Positions 26,800 to 37,520 of a stretch of DNA of 64,000 nt are shown one piece after another. The position numbers were made by a program, and so were the translations under genes. How positions within the stretch are numbered: the first letter of the stretch is position 1; the number at the start of each line of letters is the position of its first letter. This DNA comes from Nemertoderma westbladi. Its lineage: Eukaryota > Animalia > Xenacoelomorpha. The notes beneath the pieces are model-generated. The model was not told where the DNA came from and did not search any database. It saw only the letters and a program-made list of their open reading frames with translations. The stretch covers positions 16,025 through 80,024 of the forward strand of contig JAUCBJ010008715.1 of assembly GCA_032718475.1 (NCBI GenBank), in the 5' to 3' direction.

Positions 26800-28330
26800 G
26801 ACCATAACTAAATATGTACTCCACCCCTATTGGCTACTACTAACCTCAGCATACTCCCTTCCCTTTGGCTACTAACCTCTGTATACTTCCCTCTTATTGG
26901 CTACTGACAAGGCGTACTTCTCTCCCATTGGCTACTAAACTCTGCGTACTTCCACCCAATTGGCTACTACTAACCTCAGCATACTTCCCTCCCATTGGCT
27001 ACTAACCGCTGTATACTTCCCTCTCATTGGCTACTAACAAAGCGTACTTTTCTCCCATTGGCTACCAAACTCTGCATACTTCATTCCAATTGGCTACTAC
27101 TAACCTCAGCAAACTTCCCTCCCATTGGCTACTAACCGCTGTATACTTCCCTCTCATTGGCTACTAACAAAGCGTACTTTTCTCCCATTGGCTACTAATC
27201 TATGCTTACTTCCATCCAATTGGCTACTACTAACCTCACCATACTTCCCTCCCACTGGCTACTAACCTCTGTATACTTCCTTCTCATTGGCTATTAACAA
27301 AGCGTACTTCTCCCTTCTAAATTCTGCATTCTACCATCCAATTGGCTACTACTAACCTCTACATACTTGACTTCCCTCCCATTGAATACTAACCTAGAGA
27401 ATATTCCTATCATAAGTCTCATTGACTACTGACATAGGCGTACTTCTCTCTCATTGGTTACTAATAAAGGTGTACGTCACTCTCATTGGCTACTAATAAA
27501 GGTGTACTTCACTCTCATTGGTTACTAATAAAGGTGTACTTCACTCTCATTGGCTACTAACATATAGCCATACTTCTCTCGCATTGACTACTAACATATA
27601 GGCATACTTCACTCTCATTGGTTACTAATAAAGGTGTACGTCACTCTCATTGGTCACTAATAAAGGTGTACTTCACGCTCATTGGTTACTAATAAAGGTG
27701 TACTTATTTCTCATTGGTTACTAATAAAGGTGTACTTCACTCTCATTGGCTACTAACATATAGCCATACCTCTCTCTCATTGGTTACTAATAAAGGTGTA
27801 CGTACTTCTCTCTCATTGGCTACTAATAAAGGTGTACTTCACTCTCATTGACTTCTAACATAGGCGTACTTCACTCTCATTGACTACTAACATAGGCGTA
27901 CTTCACTCTCATTGGCTACTAACATATAGCCATACTTCTCTCTCATTGGTTACTAATAAAGGTGTACTTCACTCTCATTGACTACTAACATAGGCGTACT
28001 TCACTCTCATTGACTACTAACATATAGCCATACTTCTCTCCCATTGGTTACTAATAAAGGTGTACTTCTCTCTCATTGGTTACTAATAAAGGTGTACTTC
28101 ACTTTCATTGACTACTAACATATAGCCATACTTATCTCCCATTGGTTACTAATAAAGGTGTACTTCTCTCTCATTGGTTACTAATAAAGGTGTACTTCAC
28201 TCTCATTGACTACTAACATAGGCGTACTTCACTCTCATTGACTACTAACATATAGCCATAATTCTCTCTCATTGGCTACTAATAAAGTTGTACTTATCTC
28301 TCATTGTCTACTAACCTCAGCGTATCTCGG
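26800..28330. repeat. ~31-35-bp degenerate minisatellite with ATTGG core
   Basis: tacttcactctcattggttactaataaaggtg and variants. Confidence 0.85.
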
Positions 28331-28619
28331 ACCCATTGGCTTATTTCTATATCGTGCGAGTTTCCTCCGGTTACAATAGCAACAAATAATAATAGCCAGG
28401 AAGATTCCCGCCGCGAATATTGGAGTGACAATACGTATTCCAATTATATCTTAACGAAGAACAATAAAATGAAATAAATAAGGACATCTCACTTTGGTGT
28501 CAAAAAAATACCATCGACGCAAATAACAGCAGATTACTCCCAGAAATAAAACTGTTTTGGTTAGAATAACATGCCACTGTAACCTGCTCATTTCCCTTAA
28601 TTGATATTTTACATACATA

Positions 28620-28735
28620 TTGATACAAGATTGTGCACAGGCTGTTCCTCACGGCGAAAGCAATGTCCTGCGAATCGGAGGCGGCTCTGTTCAAGTGTTA
28701 AGTTTGTGTGAACTCCAATGCGCCATAGTGTCTGC
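28620..28735 (-). mobile_element. Degenerate fragment of the RTE-like LINE seen at 1-568
   Basis: Reverse complement gaacagagccgcctccgattcgcaggacattgctttcgccgtgagga matches 331-378. Confidence 0.75.
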
Positions 28736-28805
28736 TTTGTAAATGTGTGTATTGTACTCGATACTACGGAGCCCCTAAAGGGACATTGGTTTCCCCTTTT
28801 TTTTT

Positions 28806-29307
28806 CTAAGTCCGGCCCGGAGATACTATCTCAGGCCCGGAGATACTAAGTCCGGCCCGGAGATACTATCTCAGGCCCGGAGATACTAAGTCCGGCCCGG
28901 AGATACTAAGTCCGGCCCGGAGATACTATCTCAGGCCCGGAGATACTAAGTCCGGCCCGGAGATACTAAGTCCGGCCCGGAGATACTAAGTCCGGCCCGG
29001 AGATACTAAGTCCGGCCCGGAGATACTAAGTCCGGCCCGGAGATACTAAGTCCGGCCCGGAGATACTAAGTCCGGCCCGGAGATACTATCTCAGGCCCGG
29101 AGATACTAAGTCCGGCCCGGAGATACTAAGTCCGGCCCGGAGATACTATCTCAGGCCCGGAGATACTATCTCAGGCCCGGAGATACTAAGTCCGGCCCGG
29201 AGATACTAAGTCCGGCCCGGAGATACTAAGTCCGGCCCGGAGATACTAAGTCCGGCCCGGAGATACTAAGTCCGGCCCGGAGATACTATCTCAGGCCCGG
29301 AGATACT
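28806..29307 (+). repeat. Left subterminal array, 25 x 20 bp, two unit types
   Basis: ctaagtccggcccggagata / ctatctcaggcccggagata. Confidence 0.95.
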
Positions 29308-29671
29308 GTATCTCAAAAGTACAGAACAAGTTCATAGGTGTTATGTTATAGCCCTAACACAGCACTCAACAGAAACAAATTGCAGCCAATCAACTAATTG
29401 GATTCTCAATTCCAGATCAATGGCTGTTCTACAAGTAAAGATATCCTGGCGGGAACATGGAAATTGAGTTTCACATTTCAATTTCTGAGATTGGGGTAAG
29501 GTAGGGTTGAAGTAAAATATTAACTTCATTTTATGTTTCGCATTCTACACAGTTTGACAGTAAGTTTTTGATTTTCTTTGATTGCTTTCTTGTTCTTACA
29601 ATCCTTTATTAATTTTCTGTATACATTGCTTTAAACGTTTAAAGGTTGACTTCGGTTATTGCTCGATCTTA

Positions 29672-31321
29672 ATGATGGACGATCGTAATGAGATGATAGC
29701 GGGTTATTTTGATTTAGGCTTACGCTATAGTGAAATAGCATCGATGTTATATACCAATCATAACATTATCATTAGTGTGCGACAAATAAAACGAATTTTA
29801 CATCATTTACGTTTGAGAAGAAGGAATAATTACTCGACGTCAAATGAAGTAATTAATTTTATTTCAAATGAAATAGCCGGATCGGGATGTCTCCATGGTT
29901 ACCGCATGATGCATACAAAGTGTTTGTTAGCCGGTCTTAGAGTCCGGAAAGAGGACGTCCGTCAGATTCTGCGCGACCTAGATCCCGAAGCAACAGAGTG
30001 GCGTTCGACAAGGCGTTTGCGCCGTCGCCAGTATTACGCCAGGGGGCCGAATTTCATTTGGCACCTTGATGGTTATGACAAGTTGAAGCCATATGGAATT
30101 TGTATCAGCGGTTGCATTGACGGTTTTTCGAGAAAAGGTAAAAATTACTAAATGTGACCAAAGCACTTGTTATCAAAAAACCGTTTATAAATTGGCCATG
30201 CAAGCCATATTATATTAGAAGACCGTTAGGGCTTATTGCTGCCAAAAAAACGTCTGTATGTGCACAATTTACTCATAAATTACCTAGGGAACCCGTAGCC
30301 CAGTTGGTAGAGCGCTGTATCTGTAATAGTAGGGACCCGAGATCGATCCTTGGCAGTTCTAAATTATGTTTTTTATAGGTGGCTATGAGAAGCCCTGACG
30401 GTCTTCTTATAGCCGGCTTGCTGGCATTCTAGTTATTAATGTTTGAAAAATTATTGTTATAATAATTTTTGTTGACAAAAACCGCCTCCATTGATATGGA
30501 GGCGGTTGCGTTTTCTTTTCTAGCGATTTACTTTCAACATAAATTTTAACATTTTAAATTTAACATTTAAAATTTTAGCATAAATTTGGTCACTTTAAAG
30601 TGATTTTGACCCGAAAGTCATCTGGTTGAACTCGTATAACACAAATAATGATTCCAAAATAATTGGTGGTTATTTCCTAGAAGCAGTGTCCAAATACAAT
30701 GGCTGTCCACGAATAGTTAGGGGTGATTTTGGAACTGAGAACGTGCGTGTGAAGGACTTCCAGAGATTATTAAGACGCGATGGTGATGATATACCACAAC
30801 ATAGCTATATTGATGGGGCAAGTACTGCCAACCAACGAATCGAATCTTGGTGGGGGTCACTTAGAAGGCAGTGCACAGAGTATTGGATGGACTTCTTTAA
30901 ATCTTTCCAAGATTCTGGCCTATTTAATGGCAGTGACCTACACAAGGAAATTATTAGATTTTGTTTCATGGCGATAATCCAGGATGAACTAGATAAAGTA
31001 GCGAGTATGTGGAATACACATAGAATTAGGCCATCGCGGAATTTGAATGTACCTTCTGGTAAACCCAATAATATGTTTCGATTCCCAGAACTTTGGGGCA
31101 AAACAAATCAATTATGTCAAGTTATCGCAGATGACATAGACATTTGCCGAGAAGAAGCATTATTCCGGACCGCTACTGGTCATTGTGATAAAGATATATA
31201 CGAGTTATGCATAGAATTTATGCAAAGATTTAGAATACAGCCCGTAGTTACAACGGAACAAGCTAAAAACCTTTATATTATATTGATCCCTGAGATGGAA
31301 AGGTTAATTATTGGACACTAG
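29672..31321 (+). CDS. IS3/IS481-like DDE transposase; exons 29672-30137, 30618-31321
   Basis: HTH region, GYRMMH, RRLRRRQYYARGPNFIWHLDGYDKLKPYGICISGCIDGFSRK|VIWL...PRIVRGDFGTEN...STANQRIESWW; GT-AG intron restores frame. Confidence 0.88.
30287..30360 (+). other. tRNA-like (pseudo) sequence inside transposase intron
   Basis: gaacccgtagcccagttggtagagcg...gagatcgatcc...gttc: good A box, degenerate B box. Confidence 0.45.
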
Positions 31322-31374
31322 CGATATCAGGAGACCAGACTATTGTAAATAGAAATAGAGTAATAACTTTAATA

Positions 31375-31645
31375 TATATTTTTGAAACAATTTCAATTGT
31401 ACAATATACAATATAACTGTGATAACGGAACGGACTACAATGTAAATAGACTAAAACAAGTTAAACATATTTCTGAAACAATTTCAGTGAGTTGAAACAG
31501 TAACAACATAACTGTGATAACGAACTACAATGTAAATAGACTAAAAAAAATTTAAAAAATCAATTCTGAAACAATTTCAGTGAGTTGAAACAGTAACAAC
31601 ATAAATGTGATAACGAACTACAATGTAAATAGACTAAAAAAATAT
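31375..31645. repeat. ~90-bp tandem repeat between convergent transposon genes
   Basis: tgaaacaatttcagtgagttgaaacagtaacaacataactgtgataacgaactacaatgtaaatagactaaaa x~3. Confidence 0.75.
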
Positions 31646-31770
31646 TGATATTGCATAAAATGCACTGACAATGCAAGTGATTGTATTGATATTGCATAAA
31701 ATGATGATATGTACATTTTTGATAGTTTATAATTATTAGTTTAATGCAAATATTTCGGTTTGATAGAGTG

Positions 31771-34661
31771 TCACTCAACACTAAATGTCGTTAGCATTTG
31801 AATTGCATTGACTAAACGGAACTTAAATGTGTCGTAATCGTCCAAGATGGGTAACTTCAATTCCATCGCACACGTATTCACACGGGGCATTCCGATGTAG
31901 ATTGGATTAGTAACGTCTTCATTGTGAATGAAGGAGACACGTGGTGATGGACTGAATCCTAAAGCAGGAACTTTATCAGACCCGGTAACGAACACCATCA
32001 GATCCTTGAGATTAACAGAAGTTGCGATTTCTTGAACATAAATTCCCTCTAAAATAGGCATACAGAAAATAATGATAAGGAAAGCTTGAAAAGTTATATT
32101 TATATATTTATTTCAAGTCAAGGTACTGATATGTCTGGTGACCCAGGCCAGACATGCATGCAATCAATTATTAGCAGCTGATCAGTTGAACGGTAGGTTT
32201 CACCCCAACACTTGACTTGAAATAAATAAATCAAATATAAAACAGTAAATAATGACTATGTGGCTTGTATTATTAGAAAATCACCCCCCCCCCCCCCCCC
32301 CCTCCCGGAAATTTAATCGCACGGGGTGCTTATTATAGTAAAGACGGTACGTTATTAAATTCTAAAATACCATTTAAATCCTGCAGAAAATCTCTCCAAT
32401 AGGTCTGTGTTCGCCTTTCTCGTCGTCGGCGGTTTCCCCCTTCCTCGGACCATTGAACCGTAAAAACTTCTTCAACAATAACCGGGTCCAATTCTTGACT
32501 ACGGAAGATAAATACGTCTTCCCATAAAGTAGGATTCTTTCGAATTTCATCGAGTAGGCCGATTGATTGAAATCCAGACTGAAACCTGCAATCAATTAAA
32601 TAATAGGTCAAATTCTAATAATTATTTATTACATGGGAAAAAAGTAGAACTTTTTTCATTATTCTCGAGGTATTTTATTTACCAAGCGCCAACGAGGTTA
32701 ATAAAGGGTCGAGAGAGTATTAATTATTATTTTTGTACCTTTCAACTGCTGATGCTGCCTGCCTTACACAATGTTAACTGAAATATTTTTTATTTAAGTA
32801 GATTAAATAAAGTAGTAAGTATGTAAGTATAAGTATGTGTATGTGTAAGTAAAGTACAGTATGTATTTAATCAATAAACAATAAATTAGTTAATATCATC
32901 AAATTTGGATATTCATAATTAATTGTTAATTCAATCCATCATCAAAACTTACCACCTCAATCTGACTGCGCCATTCATAGTCAGAAATATCAGATGTAGA
33001 TAATGGAATCTCATCTAGATCTAATGAGTGCCGACACAGTACCATTTTAAACAATAAGGTTGAGAAGAACGATGGAAATGGTCCACGGTGTAAGATGAAA
33101 TAGGTTATCATTTTTGCGGCAACAAAGTAACATTTCTTATTTAAACCTGAAAATAATTTAAATTAATGAAAATTTCTTTATATAATTATATTTTATATAT
33201 AAATAATTTATATATAATATATAATTGACATATATATTTAATTATATTTTATATATAAATAATTTATATATAATATATAATTGACATATATATTTAATTA
33301 TATTTTATATATTTTATAAATATAATTTATTAATATTGTAGTAATAATGCATTAACTGTACATTTGATTGGTTGAATAAGATGGGCAAGGTTTATAATAG
33401 TTTCTCAAATACCGTTATACTTATACTCACTGTTGTAATCGAGACAAAGCATTTTACAGTTCTCATTTCCTTCGAATATAGGTAAAGCTTGTATAGCCAA
33501 CAAAGCTAAACGCATATACTCCCTCATAGGGCCTCCCTCGTCAATCCCATCCTCATCAGCAAACTTGATATCTAGAAGAGCAGACATATTAAATGTCGAT
33601 CTTAGAAACCCTCTACTACCACCATCAAATACGTCATTTCTATCAACATTTACGATATTCTTCATAGCAGTATCATTCACAATATCACGCTCAAAACGAC
33701 GTAAAACATCGAAAAGAGATTCACTATTATCACAATTTTGAAGGGTACCGGTATCTGTATTATTGTGATCAAATTCAAGAGCATCAGGTTCCATGACATT
33801 GAACTCATTATCTTGCTCGAGTTCAATAAGATCAGGTGCATCGACACTTAACTCATTACCTTGTTGGGGTTCAGGGTCATCCATTTGCATTTCCGTATCA
33901 ATAAAGTCATTTTCGGTAAGCTGTCTCGCTTCACTAACATCCCTATCAGTAGGCCTATCGTGCAATACAATTTCTTTTTTTGGTTTGGTACAGATATACA
34001 AAGAAAGAACTTTAAGTTTTGTTGCCTCATAAATATCAGAAATAGTTATTGAGTAGGTATCAAAAGTGCGCTGCTGGAAGTCACGTACCTCAAAATCAAA
34101 AAGATTTTCAGAACCTTTCGAAGAAACACTATTAGGAAAAAACAGTTGTTTTCCTTGGGTGAGAACATCATCTATGTTGGCTTCAGACGAGATGGAGACA
34201 TGACGAGTTCCACCTCCTGAAGACTTTCTAACTTGTCTGTAAGACTTTGTAAGGTCGTCGAAAAACAACCAACCTATGTCAATGCGACGATTAACTTTTC
34301 TTTTCATTTCCAACTTTTCTTTACCAGATTCAGTGGAAGGCTTAATACCGGTATTATTTCTATTATTTCCACGAGCTCCCAGCTTCAGTTTAATTCTATC
34401 TATTCGAGATTTACGCGATTCTTCACTAATCACGTTTGTATTACTGGACTCACCAAGATTTCTCATCTTCAATTTAGCAAAGGCTACCGCGGCCACACGA
34501 TCTCCAAATTTTGGAATATATGCAGATAGCACGCTATCTTCCATTAGTATCACGACGGATTCGTCGATATTCTCTTCAAGTAGTTTTTCAGTTAACATTA
34601 AATCCATACCTCTAACTTCGCGGAGAAATTTAACCAAATCATTCTCATTTTCTGAAGACAT
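31771..34661 (-). pseudogene. HECT-domain (G2E3-like) E3 ubiquitin ligase cargo gene; exons 34661-33431, 33146-32953, 32777-32739 (damaged), 32585-32371, 32048-31771
   Basis: LDIKFADEDGIDEGGPMREYMRL...IFEG; RFQSGFQSIGLLDEI; LMVFVTGSDKVPALGF...PRVNTCAMELKLP..YDTFKFRL (catalytic Cys in NTC); exon 3 is 39 nt where 3n+2 is required, so probably internally deleted. Confidence 0.8.
32106..32227. mobile_element. ~120-bp MITE in HECT intron
   Basis: TIR atttatttcaagtcaag / cttgacttgaaataaat. Confidence 0.6.
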
Positions 34662-34994
34662 ACTTCTGTTGTTCTATACTGACAGGCTGCTAATTCTGTA
34701 ATTAACAACTAATCCATATAGGCCTACGGTATTTAAAGAACCAGTTTGGTACCGGTAACTGTAAGGACAGTACAGTATATACTACGGTAGTATAAAGTGT
34801 GTACTACTAAGGTAGAACATTGCCAGTATTAGGCCTTGGACTATTGGTAAGGCCTACTCCTGTACAAGTACCAGTCCGGTAGGCCTAGGGCGTGACTACA
34901 GGACTACTGCAGTATACTGGCCATTGGTAAGTCAGCCAGTGCACCACCACACCCACCACCTACTTAAATACTTAATTTGAATTTCCCTCCCTGA

Positions 34995-35754
34995 TATCTC
35001 TGGGCCTGAGATAGTATCTCCGGGCCTGAGATATTATCTCCGGGCCTGAGATAGTATCTCCGGGCCTGAGATAGTATCTCCGGGCCGGACTTAGTATCTC
35101 CGGGCCGGACTTAGTATCTCCGGGCCTGAGATAGTATCTCCGGGCCGGACTTAGTATCTCCGGGCCGGACTTAGTATCTCCGGGCCTGAGATAGTATCTC
35201 AGGGCCGGACTTAGTATCTCCGGGCCGGACTTAGTATCTCCGGGCCTGAGATAGTATCTCAGGGCCGGACTTAGTATCTCCGGGCCGGACTTAGTATCTC
35301 CGGGCCGGACTTAGTATCTCCGGGCCGGACTTAGTATCTCCGGGCCGGACTTAGTATCTCCGGGCCGGACTTAGTATCTCCGGGCCGGACTTAGTATCTC
35401 CGGGCCGGACTTAGTATCTCCGGGCCTGAGATAGTATCTCCGGGCCGGACTTAGTATCTCCGGGCCGGACTTAGTATCTCCGGGCCTGAGATAGTATCTC
35501 CGGGCCGGACTTAGTATCTCCGGGCCGGACTTAGTATCTCCGGGCCGGACTTAGTATCTCCGGGCCTGAGATAGTATCTCCGGGCCGGACTTAGTATCTC
35601 CGGGCCGGACTTAGTATCTCCGGGCCGGACTTAGTATCTCCGGGCCTGAGATAGTATCTCCGGGCCGGACTTAGTATCTCTGGGCCGGACTTAGTATCTC
35701 CGGGCCGGACTTAGTATCTCCGGGCCTGAGATAGTATCTCCGGGCCGGACTTAG
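34995..35754 (-). repeat. Right subterminal array, 38 x 20 bp, inverted relative to the left array
   Basis: cgggccggacttagtatctc / cgggcctgagatagtatctc. Confidence 0.95.
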
Positions 35755-36086
35755 AAAAAAAAGGGGGAAACCCATGTCCCTTTAGGGGCTCCGTACCTAC
35801 ATACCGTTTCGAGATTCCCACTTTTGGAATGAAGATCTATCAAACTGAATCCATAGGGTAACTGACAATGAACAACAATTTAATTATAATTAGATTAGCA
35901 TGTCGAATGGTCGTTGGTATTACCCTCACTAAATATTACTATTTGGCTGTTGCTACCTGTTACGTTCATTTTTTTATTTGTTCGAGATTTAGTACAAACC
36001 TGGTAGAAATCATATTTATTAAGCTATTCTTATATAATCATAACATTATTACACATCTGTAATTATCTAATAAGTATTTGAACACA

Positions 36087-37405
36087 ATATATATATATAT
36101 ATATTAGACCGTTATACAAATAAAAAATACAAATACCCATCACCACTGGTCTGCCAGCCCCGCACCTCGCAGACCGGCCCCGTCCCCGAAACCCAAGCCT
36201 CGCCACGACCGTCGGCCGCCCCGGAGGCAGAGGGAGCTGGACCGGAGAAGCGCGAACTGCAGCCGCCGTCGAACACCCCCCATGACACACGCGAGGCCCC
36301 TCTCTCGCATTCCATCCCGCCGGGTCACGAGTGTCTCGGCGAGATGGCGGATGAGGATCTGGGCCTCGGCGCTCCAGACACCGTCGGTGGTGCCCACCAG
36401 AGGGGTGAACGACATCCTCCGGTCTTCACAGACGGTCCGGTAATGCATCTTCTTTAACCGGCACCGCTGCTCCAGGAGGGACTCGGTCGAGCGGTTGGTC
36501 TGGGCGTAAGAGGTGGCGTCAGCGTTAATTACCGCAATATCAAACGACGCCACTCTCTGGTTCGCCCAAACCCCCCGTGCGACCAAATCCGCCCGCACTC
36601 CCCCTACCTCCCTACCTTCCCTGTCGAGGTACCCCCGGGACAGGGTCACCTCCCGCTCAACGCTGGGCGCACCGAACGCCGACGCCAGGAGTTCCCCGAA
36701 AACATCGCGAACCTCATCGTGGCGTTTCACGATGAGGCCGCCGGACTTGCAGCTGAGCGCGTGCGAGGTGGAGAACGTCCCCCCACATCCCTCGCACTTG
36801 GACGGGAGTCCTGGTGGGACGAGGCCATACCGGAGGTTCAGGCTGTCCCGGAACTCCTCGGCACTGAGGTCGGTGGCGTCCAGGATGCTTGGCTGGGCCG
36901 TCAACCAGCCGCCGGTTTTGTTTAGGACCGCTCTCGTCGCAGTTCGCCTGCGGTCTGCCGGTAGAGCTCCCAACGCAGCCTCCCGCTTCTCCTTGTAGGC
37001 CTCGTCCTGGGAGATGCGGCTAGCTGCGAGGACGGCTCGCAATTTGGCAGTGTGGTCGGCCACGTGGAGAGGTTGCGTCCTCTGGATCGCCTCGGAAACT
37101 ACCGCGGTGCCTTCCATGGACGCAGAGCGTGCCGGGGTCTGCCGCATTGTAGGGTCCCGCAGTCCGATGCCGCCGTGGCGGGCTGGGAGGAGGGTGAGAT
37201 CCTCGTCGGCCGGTTGCAGACTAGAACACCCGAAGAGGGAGGGGATGAACTTATTTAGCAATGCCGTCCGAATTGGGGTGACATCCTCGGCGTGGGTGGG
37301 TACGACCCGCAGCAGGTAGTCCCATTCCGCCTGCACACAGCGGGACATTCCCGTGTGGGCGGTCTGGGGGTACTCTGTTGCAACCCCCGCGAGTTTCCCG
37401 ATATT
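36087..37405 (-). mobile_element. 5'-truncated CRE-clade non-LTR retrotransposon (zinc knuckle + restriction-like endonuclease), (TA)n tail
   Basis: CEGCGGTFSTSHALSCKSGGLIVKRHDEVRD...RADLVARGVW...ASFDIAV...KKMHY...FTPLVGTTDG; GC-rich; 3' UTR runs into atatatat. Confidence 0.82.
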
Positions 37406-37520
37406 GCCTGTTACGTTCATTAGGCCAATAATTTCAAGATGTGTCAATGTTAGAAAAGTTGTCTCCAAACGTCCGACACCATTTCAACTCCAATCAAACT
37501 ACTAAAACTGTTGAAAAAAC

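Larger units (their letters stand above)
28765..35795. mobile_element. IS3EU-type DNA transposon (transposase plus convergent HECT gene)
   Basis: TIRs TACGGAGCCCCTAAAGGGACAT.GGTTTCCCC / GGGGAAACCCATGTCCCTTTAGGGGCTCCGTA (TAY...RTA termini) followed by inverted 20-bp arrays; clean TSD not visible (cgatac vs cctaca). Confidence 0.85.

Noticed and set aside
28806-29307. CRISPR-like array (also considered for 10278-11810 and 34995-35754)
   Set aside because: No unique spacers and no cas genes; only two alternating unit types; eukaryotic context
30287-30360. Functional tRNA genes (also 3113-3205 and 42445-42520)
   Set aside because: Stems and T-loop or anticodon arms are degenerate; all lie within repeats
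29672-31321. Bacterial IS3/IS481 contamination
   Set aside because: Spliceosomal introns in both genes, HECT cargo and a contiguous eukaryotic context
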